A stretch of DNA of 64,000 nt from positions 186,844-250,843 of the forward strand of contig JAHKLY010000001.1 of assembly GCA_020854825.1 (NCBI GenBank), in the 5' to 3' direction. Positions 37,901-45,666 of the stretch are shown piece after piece; within the stretch, counting starts at the first letter, position 1, and the number at the start of each line of letters is the position of its first letter. This DNA is from Candidatus Micrarchaeota archaeon. GTDB taxonomy: Archaea > Micrarchaeota > Micrarchaeia > Anstonellales > JAHKLY01. The position numbers were made by a program, and so were the translations under genes. The notes beneath the pieces were generated by a model that was given only the letters and a program-made list of their open reading frames with translations, did not search any database and was not told the DNA's origin.

Positions 37901-38890
37901 TCCTTGTTCATTTTTGGTGATTTCATATTTGATCATATTTGTACCATAGTATATATCTGCATATCTTATTAAATCAAAAACAATTCCATTTCTAAATTGT
38001 TTAAGATAATCTTCAAAATCAAATGTTGTTTGATTTGGATTACCAATATTTACGAGATATATCTTATCTTCAATTGAAATCTCGGTTTTATTTATTTGTT
38101 CATACGTTTTTCCTTGTATATTTTCATAAGAACTTCCAATAATTCCAGCAGTTTTTGAAGCATTAAATGATACATTAGATAATGTTCCATCTCCAAAATC
38201 ATACCCACTTATAATTGCATCTAAGCTGACTTTACCCTCTAGTGCTGAATTTAAAATATCAATAATAGGCATATTTGTAACTAAACTTGGTTCTGTTTTA
38301 CTAGGAACAATTCCAGTTAATTTTTCGTGGGTTACAAAACCCCTATCAAAAAATTGATCATATAATTTATCAATCTGTATTATATTATCTTTTTGTTGTG
38401 CATCAAATTCTTTTTTTTTACCTTGGATAATTATAGAGGTATGGTAGGTTCTCAGAAATTCTTCTTGTATTTTATTTGTTTTGATAGTTCTTGTTTCTTT
38501 ATGGATTGCATTAAATCTACTTCCAGGATTTATTTGTGTTTGTAAAAGAGTGTATACAATTCTCTGTGCTTCAATTTCTAATGATTCAGAAGTATTTTCT
38601 AAGGCAGTTTTAATATCTTTTTTTAATGCGTCATTATTTCTAATAAAATTTTGGTTTTCAAAAAAATTCATCAAAATATCTATTTTTGATTCAATTGTTG
38701 AATGCTGATTTCCCATACCATAATCACCTTCATAATTATTATAATTATCTCTCTTTAAAAAAGTATTTAATAGTTCCTTTTCAATTAAAGGTTGGGCAAA
38801 ACTCAATGTGCTTTGAAAAAGCATAGCTCCAGCTGCTAGTTTTATAGTAAAATTTCTAAATTTTTGATTTTTAAAAAAGTGCTTTTTCAT
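34985..38890 (-). CDS. Giant secreted hypothetical protein (1301 aa) with a C-terminal FGRDP/beta-rich module
   Basis: Signal-like IKLAAGAMLFQSTLSFAQP. There is a roughly 890-aa N-terminal region of unrecognised type. YKLLFGRDPISGDPVSEG lies at aa 972-989. The G/N/I-rich beta tail ends ...NQWGIGIEILR. Confidence 0.8.
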   Translation of the reverse strand: MKKHFFKNQKFRNFTIKLAAGAMLFQSTLSFAQPLIEKELLNTFLKRDNYNNYEGDYGMGNQHSTIESKIDILMNFFENQNFIRNNDALKKDIKTALENTSESLEIEAQRIVYTLLQTQINPGSRFNAIHKETRTIKTNKIQEEFLRTYHTSIIIQGKKKEFDAQQKDNIIQIDKLYDQFFDRGFVTHEKLTGIVPSKTEPSLVTNMPIIDILNSALEGKVSLDAIISGYDFGDGTLSNVSFNASKTAGIIGSSYENIQGKTYEQINKTEISIEDKIYLVNIGNPNQTTFDFEDYLKQFRNGIVFDLIRYADIYYGTNMIKYEITKNEQGELTLDLRINNENKDLFFNQFTKDSNFRRWMIGMNTLHPLIVESLEDLRITTDVDWRNPTTEMIDIVTKGFINLPNILIALELKNTFGESNSRLQELYVLANKENLTLQDIYKLSFMDNNLKTAIQSYYNNPNIVSYSSIPNYLQEQYKLAFILCGLTYGVSNRYGDHKISSTEFNEIMTKEGKMGDFIKYPIKNHINAYINAEKLLGELEKFADSKGWTMEKMRNLVLEGKEESREILDKMTDLAWIYIVRSSEDINKQLNPNITKRDIRNSLENMKDERMFFLMYTAAGGRLGLNYSLICTWKEWDFWTKPEGQKLKNSLESLGANGFYVPEFDFDKLTQGVTKLQLSVGKSNVILDKREGVITGDLTTLKEENLVTVQLLFQRRQTRDGRQTLIIDDLTDNSFNLQFNTQIFYGGTFFSTDKNNKLNENKIKDEEAKNSWIYLYVVNSEGKIVSCEITKAGEDGKIDYTLDARNIGEVPEEGSSTEYKIYALPFEHEYIRLMEPADNPTLVGKIIIGSREKITEMPEVNMPSEIQNVLVAFTVPQLETGADLNSYQETANYLKEGLENITIVANLSTYDQFGGTIAYNNLKTNFIANIEEYLRPLIKDIDRSDPYTDYEGMLDEVLTDLTANRITIDEAYKLLFGRDPISGDPVSEGRFEIISGAMVGKARSRVNIRVVPSYTYGAMFSTKTIKSLYSENGINFYSFKAGFETTEYAAEILGESGEIIVTRDDIKEITNFSEKALTTRAIAEMGFHIVPLKTILTLKALREEILSDLDLESILNNEKEIEKKIRYGIGAVVQPLTKSESIFGKLLDKTAIYGGVKFYDEKNIERLYGGGMILINPIKNNNNIKIGIGTHLEYTTPEGVLAGGGYLTMSPNMNLNIDVPIGKNWGIGADASALAVYNREEINQRHILGLGATGTLGVSITRKINIGRESFEIRLRGEFKNSIIKEEDPINQWGIGIEILR

Positions 38891-39031
38891 ACTTAATATT
38901 TGTTAAGAAGTATATAAAAATGTTTATGAATTTGTAATTATATTCATTTGTAATTGGTTTAAATTTTAAACTAACCTTTATAAAGTTTATTTTAGTAGAT
39001 TGTTTATAAAACTTATTAAAATAGAGGTGAT

Positions 39032-39721
39032 ATGGTGGTAGATACTTCAATCATTATGACTGAATTAGCAACAAAATTCGGTGCAAATGCATTAAACGTG
39101 ATTTATGCTATCCTTTGGGTAATAGTAGGATTATTAATAGCTAAAATTATTGGAATTGCATTAAGACATGCATTTGAAAAGTTAGGAATAGAAAGAAAAA
39201 TTAAAGAAAAGCGATTACATAATGCATTATTAGGATTTACAATAACAGGAACAATAGCATTCTTATTTGAATTAGCAGTATTTATTGTATTCCTAGGTTT
39301 TGCAGCAGAAACATTGAATGTATTATTCTTTACAAATCTAGTTCTTACTTCAATAGAATGGATTAGAATGATTGGAATGGCAATAATAATAATTTTCATA
39401 GGTATGTTTGTAGGGGAATTATTAAGCAATAAAGTTGAAAGTAGTAAAATTGCATTTTCCAATTGGTGGAGTATTGCATTAGAAGTCTTTATTGTTTATA
39501 TAACAATAATAATGGCATTAGGAGTATTTGTAGATCCAAGCACAAATACAAGAGTTTTTGAAGGAGCGATTAATCTATTGATTTATTCATTTACAATAGC
39601 AATTGCAGCAGTATTTATTGCAGTAGGATTAGGAATGGGAATTGCAATAGGTCTTGGAGGCCAAGATATTGTTAAATCTGTTTTGAAAAAGAAACAGACC
39701 GATATTGAAAAACTTTTCTAA
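39032..39721 (+). CDS. Integral membrane protein (about 6 TM), hypothetical
   Basis: Hydrophobic throughout. ATG 39032 is preceded by GAGGTGA. Transcribed divergently from the giant-protein operon. Confidence 0.6.
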   Translation: MVVDTSIIMTELATKFGANALNVIYAILWVIVGLLIAKIIGIALRHAFEKLGIERKIKEKRLHNALLGFTITGTIAFLFELAVFIVFLGFAAETLNVLFFTNLVLTSIEWIRMIGMAIIIIFIGMFVGELLSNKVESSKIAFSNWWSIALEVFIVYITIIMALGVFVDPSTNTRVFEGAINLLIYSFTIAIAAVFIAVGLGMGIAIGLGGQDIVKSVLKKKQTDIEKLF

Positions 39722-39745
39722 GTTTTCTTCTTTTTTTATTTTTAT
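39722..39745 (+). terminator. T-rich tract after the membrane-protein gene (archaeal-type terminator candidate)
   Basis: GTTTTCTTCTTTTTTTATTTTTAT lies directly after the stop codon. Confidence 0.35.
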
Positions 39746-39864
39746 GAATCTTTCTTTTTGGTTGAGCTTTTGACATCTTTGATGTCAAATTTTTAAACAT
39801 TTTTCAAATGTTTAAAAGCTTTTACTTTCTTTTCTAAAGAAAGAAAAAGGTTAAAAGTAAAAAA

Positions 39865-40061
39865 TGGACCTGGGGGGAATTGTTCTGCGAATCAAAATTG
39901 AAGTCAAAATTCTTCGAATTTTGAGATCCTTTTTGAACGCGTTGCGTTCAAAATCTCAACGCTTCGCGTTGAACCCCCGGCCTCCTGCATTCCCGAGTCC
40001 TTTCTTTTCCCTAAAAGAAAGGCTATGCCAAGCAGGCGCGCTACCGCTGCGCCACAGGCCC
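39865..40061 (-). tRNA. tRNA-Ala(GGC) with two introns (canonical 37/38, about 36 nt; T-loop, about 89 nt)
   Basis: Reverse complement reads GGGCCTG-TG-GCGC-AGCGGTA-GCGC-G-CCTGC-TTGGCA[intron]T-GCAGG-AGGCC-GGGGG-TTCAA[intron]TT-CCCCC-CAGGTCC-A. The G3:U70 alanine identity pair is present. The 97-aa track ORF 39864..40157 is an artefact of this locus. Confidence 0.85.
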
Positions 40062-40082
40062 ATATCAATATTATTCTTAGTT

Positions 40083-40092
40083 TATTTTAAAA
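40083..40092 (-). promoter_or_regulatory. Candidate TATA box for tRNA-Ala
   Basis: The minus strand reads CTTTTAAAATAAA, 22-31 nt upstream of the tRNA 5' end (40061). Confidence 0.3.
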
Positions 40093-40117
40093 GATTAACT
40101 TATAATTTTAAATTCAA

Positions 40118-40425
40118 TTACAAGCACACCAAACTTTTTTCATCTTTTCTTGAATAGTATTTATACATTGAGTTATTAGCAGATTCAATAGTTTTATGTC
40201 CTTTTTCATATTTTTTGAGATCATAATTTTCATAAGCTTCTTCAAAAGTTTTGAATTTATCCAGTTCAATAGCATCTACTTTTAGACTTTCTTTATTTTC
40301 CGGGCTTCTATAGAAAACAATAGTTATTTTATATTTAGATTCTGCCTTTTTTCATCAAAAAGCCATATTTCTATTTTTTTATCACCTTTCCTTATCTGCT
40401 CAAATGGAATAGGATTAAGATGCAT
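40118..40425 (-). pseudogene. Frameshifted ASCH-domain (PUA-like) gene
   Basis: Frame A gives MHLNPIPFEQIRKGDKKIEIWLFDEKRQNLNIK*. Frame B continues ESKYKITIVFYRSPENKESLKVDAIELDKFKTFEEAYENYDLKKYEKGHKTIESANNSMYKYYSRKDEKSLVCL*. The frames join at an A6 run (GATGAAAAAAGG). Total length is 308 nt, not a multiple of 3. Confidence 0.55.
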
Positions 40426-40467
40426 TATGTGTTGTATTTCAATTACCTAATTAGAATAAAAAGAAAG

Positions 40468-40698
40468 TTATGAAGGAGAAATGTAAACTACAGAATCTCC
40501 TCTTAATAATATTGTTCCAAATCCTTTCTGAACTTCACCATCTTTTAAAAATTCAGCTTTTTCTAAAACAATATTCATGTGTATATCATAAGATACCATC
40601 ACTCCTCTAAATTCAACATGACCTTTTAAACCAATAACCACTGTGTTGTTTAATGCTGTGTTTAAAACATCAAATGGTCTTCTTTTTTGTTCCTCCAT
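40468..40698 (-). CDS. Sm-like (LSm/SmAP) RNA-binding protein
   Basis: Sm1 and Sm2 motifs: VVIGLKGHVEFRGVMVSYDIHMNIVLEKAE ... ILLRGDSVVYISP. Confidence 0.9.
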   Translation of the reverse strand: MEEQKRRPFDVLNTALNNTVVIGLKGHVEFRGVMVSYDIHMNIVLEKAEFLKDGEVQKGFGTILLRGDSVVYISPS

Positions 40699-40761
40699 TT
40701 AATCACCTCTAAAAAAACAAAAGTTTTCTTATTATTAATTTTTATGTAAAACAATTTAAAC

Positions 40762-41220
40762 TTATAGGTTATCCATTTTGATTACAGTATCAGCAGTATT
40801 TTTTAATGCGATACTAAATCCAGGCTCTCCTCCTATTACAATTGTTTCTTTTCCATGTTCTTTTGCTTTAACTAAAACAGGCCTGAAATCTGTATCTCTT
40901 GTCATTAATGCAATAACATCAATATGTGGATTAAATATTTGTTCAATGGCCTCACATGCCATAGTTACATCTACATCTCCAGAAGTTATTACTGGTTGAT
41001 ATCCTTGATTAATCATTGCTTCAATTAATTTATCTGATGCATATTGGTCAAGAAATACCTTTCCTATTTTAATTTTTCCATATTTCTTTAATTCTTTTTT
41101 TAATGCGTCTAAATCTAAATGCATATCTTTTCTTATAACATTTGGACCGTCTATAAAAAGAGCAATATTTTTATCATTTTTCTTTTTAAGTAAATGTCCG
41201 ATCTTTTCTAGAACTGTCAT
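40762..41220 (-). CDS. NYN-domain (LabA/DUF88-like, PIN-related) protein
   Basis: [10 protein letters not shown] ... [14 protein letters not shown] ... [28 protein letters not shown] is the NYN/LabA pattern. Confidence 0.75.
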   Translation of the reverse strand: MTVLEKIGHLLKKKNDKNIALFIDGPNVIRKDMHLDLDALKKELKKYGKIKIGKVFLDQYASDKLIEAMINQGYQPVITSGDVDVTMACEAIEQIFNPHIDVIALMTRDTDFRPVLVKAKEHGKETIVIGGEPGFSIALKNTADTVIKMDNL

Positions 41221-41232
41221 TATTATTACCTC

Positions 41233-41934
41233 CTATATATTGAAGAAATTTTTTGCATTTTCGTATGTTTTTTCTTCAACTTTTTCTTCTGAAACACCGA
41301 GGGCATCTGATATAATTGAAATACTTTTATAAATGTCAAATAAATTTTTGCCCAAATAAGGTGCATCAGTTTCTATTACTAGATTATGCAAGCCAACATC
41401 TTTTATTACTTTCTTTTTTAAGTCTGATTTAATTGGAGGAATTGAAATTAACATATTATGTTTAACTGCTTTTTTAGCAGAATCTCTATTACCAGAATAA
41501 CAATGCAATAGAACAGGTAATTCAAAATTTATCAATCGATCTATGACTTCATCTTCTGCTTTTCTTGAATGTATTAGAACTGGAAGTTTTAATTCTTCTG
41601 CTAAACACAACATTTTTTCAAAAACAATTTTTTCATTTTTTATTTGTTCTTTAGTTTTACCCCAATGATAATCTAATCCGATTTCTCCTATTGCTATTGG
41701 TTTTTGATGTTTTATAAATTCAATCCATTCATCAACGATTGTTAAATCATTTAAATCTAATACTGTATGTGGGGCAATACCTAATGCACAATATACGGAT
41801 TTATATATTTTACCTATTTCAACAGCCTTTTGATTAGCTTCGTGTGAATACCCACAGGTAACTGCAATTTGATTATTTATAAATTCTATTTTATTAAATT
41901 TATCTAAATGACAGTGTGTATCAAAAATAACCAT
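41233..41934 (-). CDS. tatD: TatD-family metal-dependent hydrolase/DNase
   Basis: MVIFDTHCHLD, IGEIGLDYHW, PVLIHSR, HCYSG and IETDAPYL. The track ORF extends to 42372, but that N-terminal 146 aa is low-complexity and antisense to the aIF5A gene. Confidence 0.85.
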   Translation of the reverse strand: MVIFDTHCHLDKFNKIEFINNQIAVTCGYSHEANQKAVEIGKIYKSVYCALGIAPHTVLDLNDLTIVDEWIEFIKHQKPIAIGEIGLDYHWGKTKEQIKNEKIVFEKMLCLAEELKLPVLIHSRKAEDEVIDRLINFELPVLLHCYSGNRDSAKKAVKHNMLISIPPIKSDLKKKVIKDVGLHNLVIETDAPYLGKNLFDIYKSISIISDALGVSEEKVEEKTYENAKNFFNI

Positions 41935-42007
41935 GCTAAAATAAGCAATCATTAACTTTATAAAGTCTAACCTATAATAAGATTTACTTATTCTTCTAGG
42001 TGATAAT

Positions 42008-42409
42008 ATGACAGGGGAAAAATTATATGTGGACTCAAAAAGTTTAAAAGTAGGAAAATACATGTTGATTGAAGACATCCCATGTAGGATAGTTAATATT
42101 GAAACTTCCAGACCAGGGAAACACGGGCATGCAAAAATGAGAATAACTGGAGTGGGAATATTTGATGGACAAAAAAAACAATGGCTTGGAGCAGGAGGAC
42201 ATGATGTTGAAGTTCCAATTATTACAAGGAGTAATGCACAAGTTGTTTCTGTATCTGGAAATAGTGCACAATTAATGGATGTTAAAACATATGAAATATT
42301 TGAATTGCCAATTCCAGAAGAAATGATGTCAGAGGCAGAAGCAGGAGCAGAAGCTGAATTATTAGAGGCCATGGGCAGAAAAACAATTCAAAGAATTAAG
42401 AAAGCATAG
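42008..42409 (+). CDS. eif5a: Translation initiation factor 5A (aIF5A)
   Basis: KVGKYMLIEDIPCRIVNIETSRPGKHGHAKMRITGVGIFDG contains the hypusine-loop motif PGKHG. Confidence 0.95.
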   Translation: MTGEKLYVDSKSLKVGKYMLIEDIPCRIVNIETSRPGKHGHAKMRITGVGIFDGQKKQWLGAGGHDVEVPIITRSNAQVVSVSGNSAQLMDVKTYEIFELPIPEEMMSEAEAGAEAELLEAMGRKTIQRIKKA

Positions 42410-42418
42410 GTGGGAGTT

Positions 42419-42724
42419 ATGGATATTAATATTAAAAATAAAAAAGAAAATAAATTGTTAAACAGAACAGAAGTAGAATTTGAAGTTAGTTATGAATCAT
42501 CAACCCCGAGTAGACAACAAGTTATACAAAAGTTAGCAGCATTATTAAAAGTAAAATCAAATTTAGTTATATTGAGTGAATTAAGAAGTGATTTTGGGAA
42601 CAAAAAAGCAAAAGCAAAAGCAAATATTTATGTTGATGAAGAGACAATGCAAGACATAGAAAGAGAGTATTTAATCAAAAGATCTCATAAGGAAGAATCT
42701 AAAAAAGAGGAAGCAAAAGAATGA
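42419..42724 (+). CDS. rps24e: 30S ribosomal protein S24e (eS24)
   Basis: NKLLNRTEVEFEVSYESSTPSRQQVIQKLAALLKV...VILSELRSDFGNKKAKAKANIY is the S24e pattern. ATG 42419 follows AGGTGGG. Confidence 0.9.
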   Translation: MDINIKNKKENKLLNRTEVEFEVSYESSTPSRQQVIQKLAALLKVKSNLVILSELRSDFGNKKAKAKANIYVDEETMQDIEREYLIKRSHKEESKKEEAKE

Positions 42725-42734
42725 GGTGTGATTA

Positions 42735-42914
42735 ATGGGTAAGAAAAAGAGAAAAGTAAAGAAAACTGGAAAAAAACCAAAAAAACCAGTTAAAAAAGAG
42801 ATTAAAACATACAAAAAAATAAAATCTTGTCCTAAATGTGGGCCTGGAGTTAAGTTAGCGGACCATAAAGATAGATTATCATGTGGAAAATGTGGATATT
42901 ACGAGAAAAAGTAA
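42735..42914 (+). CDS. rps27ae: 30S ribosomal protein S27ae (eS31), 59 aa
   Basis: Not in the ORF track. [59 protein letters not shown] has a basic N-terminus plus a C4 zinc ribbon. It sits in the conserved position after S24e. Confidence 0.9.
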   Translation: MGKKKRKVKKTGKKPKKPVKKEIKTYKKIKSCPKCGPGVKLADHKDRLSCGKCGYYEKK

Positions 42915-43642
42915 ATGATATTCTCCTTATTTTATTATTTTCCTCCTTTTTATTAATTTTATTTACTCTTCCAGAAATTAATTCATATTCCTTTAATGAA
43001 TATATTATAGGTATTAGTATCATATTTTTATTATCATTATTTATTTTAAGCAAATATGGATTTAAACTTTGGTCAATAACTATGATTTTTTTTCTAATTT
43101 TTTCTTTAATAAGAGATAATATGATTTTATTAGCGCCTTCATTGATTTTTTTATGTTTTCCATTTTATTGGGAATCACAAAAAGGGAAAAAATATACAAA
43201 AGTACTATCTGAATATGGATTATATTTTAAAAACAAATTTTCTCTTTTAATTTATGGAATTGTTGGTTTTTTTGGCATTGTTTTTTTGGTTGTTTTAATT
43301 GGATTAGTATTTTATCTTTTTGGGCTGAATGATCAACAGAATGTTAAAGAAGTAGTTAAATCTTTACCTTTAATTTCTATTCCTTTAGCTATTATTCTTG
43401 CTCCATTAGCAGAAGAGATTTTTTTTAGGGGGTTTTTATATAAAAAAATAGGAATTTGGATATCTGCAGTAATTTTTGCATTATTACATTTTTCTTATGG
43501 ATCTATTGTTGAAATTGCTGTTGCTTTTGCAATTGCATTGTTTTTAACATATTTATTTATTAAAACAAAATCTTTATGGCCTTCAATAATCGCACACAGT
43601 CTTTTTAATTTATTTGCATTAGGAGTAATGTGGTTATTATGA
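42881..43642 (+). CDS. CPBP-family (CAAX-protease-like) intramembrane metalloprotease
   Basis: Motifs [16 protein letters not shown] and HSLFN appear in the canonical order. The start is uncertain (ATG 42881 or 42890); both overlap the S27ae 3' end. Confidence 0.8.
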   Translation: MWKMWILREKVNDILLILLFSSFLLILFTLPEINSYSFNEYIIGISIIFLLSLFILSKYGFKLWSITMIFFLIFSLIRDNMILLAPSLIFLCFPFYWESQKGKKYTKVLSEYGLYFKNKFSLLIYGIVGFFGIVFLVVLIGLVFYLFGLNDQQNVKEVVKSLPLISIPLAIILAPLAEEIFFRGFLYKKIGIWISAVIFALLHFSYGSIVEIAVAFAIALFLTYLFIKTKSLWPSIIAHSLFNLFALGVMWLL

Positions 43643-44592
43643 ATGTTTTAGGAATAGAAAGCACAGCACATACATTGGGAATTGGATTATTTGATGGTAA
43701 AAACCTATTTCATTCTAAAGATATGTATAAACCAAAAAATGAAGGAATTATACCTAGAAAAGCAGCAGACCATCATTTAGAAGTTTTTAACTTTTTAATC
43801 GAAAATGTGTTAGATGAATCTAATTTAAATTTAAATAAAATAACTGGGATTGCGTTTTCACAAGGTCCAGGCATAGGACAAACATTACAATTTGGATGTT
43901 CATTAGCAAGATATTTGGCATTAAAATATAAAAAACCTTTAATTCCTGTTAATCATTGTCAAGCACATATTGAGATAGGTAAATGGAATTGTAATCTTAA
44001 AGATCCTTTAACAATTTATGTTTCTGGTGGAAATACGCAATTAATAATAGAAAGAAATAGTAAATACTATGTATTAGGTGAAACTTTAGATATTGGTATG
44101 GGTAATTTATTTGATACTTTTGGTAGAATAATGGGTTTGGAATTTGCTCATGGATCTGTTTTATCTGAAATGGCAGAAAAAGGAAAATATATAGATCTAC
44201 CATATTCAGTTAAAGGAATGAATATTGTTTTTGGTGGGTTGTTAACTGCTTCTAAAAAAGCACTTAAGAATCATAAGAAAGAAGATATTGTATATTCAAT
44301 GATGCATAATGCTTTTGCATCTTTAACAGAAGCTTCTGAAAGAGCGTTATGTTTAACACATAAACACGAAATTCTGCTTTGTGGAGGAGTTGCACAAAAT
44401 GTTATGTTTCAAAATATGCTTAAAAAAATGGCATATCTGCATGAGGTTAAATTTGCAGTTCCTAAGAATGAATATAATGCAGATAATGGAGCTATGATCG
44501 CATTATTAGGGCATAAACTATTAAAAAATAAAAAAACAATTCCAGTTAAAAATTCAGTGCCTAGACAAAGATGGCGTGTTGATAAAGAATAG
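43639..44592 (+). CDS. kae1: tRNA N6-adenosine threonylcarbamoyltransferase Kae1 (KEOPS), not fused to Bud32
   Basis: [32 protein letters not shown] and CGGVAQN. Confidence 0.9.
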   Translation: MNVLGIESTAHTLGIGLFDGKNLFHSKDMYKPKNEGIIPRKAADHHLEVFNFLIENVLDESNLNLNKITGIAFSQGPGIGQTLQFGCSLARYLALKYKKPLIPVNHCQAHIEIGKWNCNLKDPLTIYVSGGNTQLIIERNSKYYVLGETLDIGMGNLFDTFGRIMGLEFAHGSVLSEMAEKGKYIDLPYSVKGMNIVFGGLLTASKKALKNHKKEDIVYSMMHNAFASLTEASERALCLTHKHEILLCGGVAQNVMFQNMLKKMAYLHEVKFAVPKNEYNADNGAMIALLGHKLLKNKKTIPVKNSVPRQRWRVDKE

Positions 44593-44627
44593 TAAGCAAT
44601 AAATACTTTTTCTAATTAATCAAGTAT

Positions 44628-45254
44628 ATGACACAAAATATTTTAGCACAAATCGGAATCGGAGGGATAGGTAGTTTATTAAATGAAATAGAAAAAGCTA
44701 CATCTAATGAAATATTTTATTTATTTTTTTTAATCCTAGTAATTTCAATAGGTATGCTTATTATCTGGTATTTATATAGAAAATTAGCAAAAAGAGATAT
44801 GTTTGAATTAAAATTACATGCTAAAAATGGTGAAAAATTATCAATAGGAAAAGAATTATTTTCAACATTAGTTTATCTTTTTAAGTATGTATTATTATTT
44901 CCTTTGTTTGTTATGTTAATGTTTGTGCTAGTATCATTAGGATTTATATTTTTATCTTCTGGATTAGACCTTTCAACAGTTTTCTTTTTTTCAATCGCAT
45001 TAATCTGTGTAGTTAGATTATTAGCATATATTAAAGAAGATACAGCACAAGAAATTGCAAAATTAATCCCTTTTGCATTAGTGTCTTCGATTTTATTAAA
45101 TCCAAATCTTTCAGACGGGTATATATTTCCGGCTATGTCAGATATAGAACTAGGGTTAGCAGGCATATGGTATTATTTTATTTTTATTTTTGTGTTTGAA
45201 ATAAGTTTAAGGGTTATATATAGAATTACAAGTGTATTTAAGAGAAATGATTAA
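44628..45254 (+). CDS. Hypothetical membrane protein (208 aa)
   Basis: Four to five hydrophobic helices. No family recognised. Confidence 0.5.
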   Translation: MTQNILAQIGIGGIGSLLNEIEKATSNEIFYLFFLILVISIGMLIIWYLYRKLAKRDMFELKLHAKNGEKLSIGKELFSTLVYLFKYVLLFPLFVMLMFVLVSLGFIFLSSGLDLSTVFFFSIALICVVRLLAYIKEDTAQEIAKLIPFALVSSILLNPNLSDGYIFPAMSDIELGLAGIWYYFIFIFVFEISLRVIYRITSVFKRND

Positions 45255-45604
45255 TTTTCTCCTCCTTTAAATGCTTTTTTTCCTAATAATACTAATAAGA
45301 TTACACATATAATTCCAACAATTATTGATTGTTGAATGTCTTTAAATTGAGAATACCACATATATCCTAAGAAGACACCAAAACCTGTAAATACAATGGT
45401 TCTTAAATTATTGGCTAACCCTCCAGAGATATTTTTTTCTTTGAAAAATAAAAATGAAGCACCGAATACAAAAAGACCTATTCCTATTGAATAATATATT
45501 GGATCTGTTGGGTAATTATAATACCAAATATATCCTGCTCCAGAACCAATTAATAATGCAGCCAAAACCCGCCCAATTTTTACTAATTCTTTTGTAATTG
45601 CCAT
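45251..45604 (-). CDS. Hypothetical membrane protein (about 117 aa)
   Basis: Four TM helices. ATG 45604 lies 5 nt after GGTGA; the track start at 45616 is a TTG. Confidence 0.5.
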   Translation of the reverse strand: MAITKELVKIGRVLAALLIGSGAGYIWYYNYPTDPIYYSIGIGLFVFGASFLFFKEKNISGGLANNLRTIVFTGFGVFLGYMWYSQFKDIQQSIIVGIICVILLVLLGKKAFKGGEN

Positions 45605-45666
45605 TTTCGTCACCAATAATTTTAATGGATATATTTAAAAAGACAAATAATATAAAACTAATACAT

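Noticed and set aside
31021-38890. Diversity-generating retroelement targeting the large surface proteins
   Set aside because: No reverse transcriptase ORF is in the window. I could not see any near-identical template/variable repeat pair at the 3' ends of these genes.
39864-40157. 97-aa ORF (MDLGGIVLRIKIEVK...)
   Set aside because: It is the + strand reading across the minus-strand tRNA-Ala gene and its introns. The GC-rich tRNA exons keep the frame open by chance.
41935-42372. N-terminal 146-aa extension of the TatD ORF
   Set aside because: The extension is low-complexity, antisense to the well-supported aIF5A gene, and precedes the canonical TatD N-terminus MVIFDTHCHLD, which has its own ATG at 41934.
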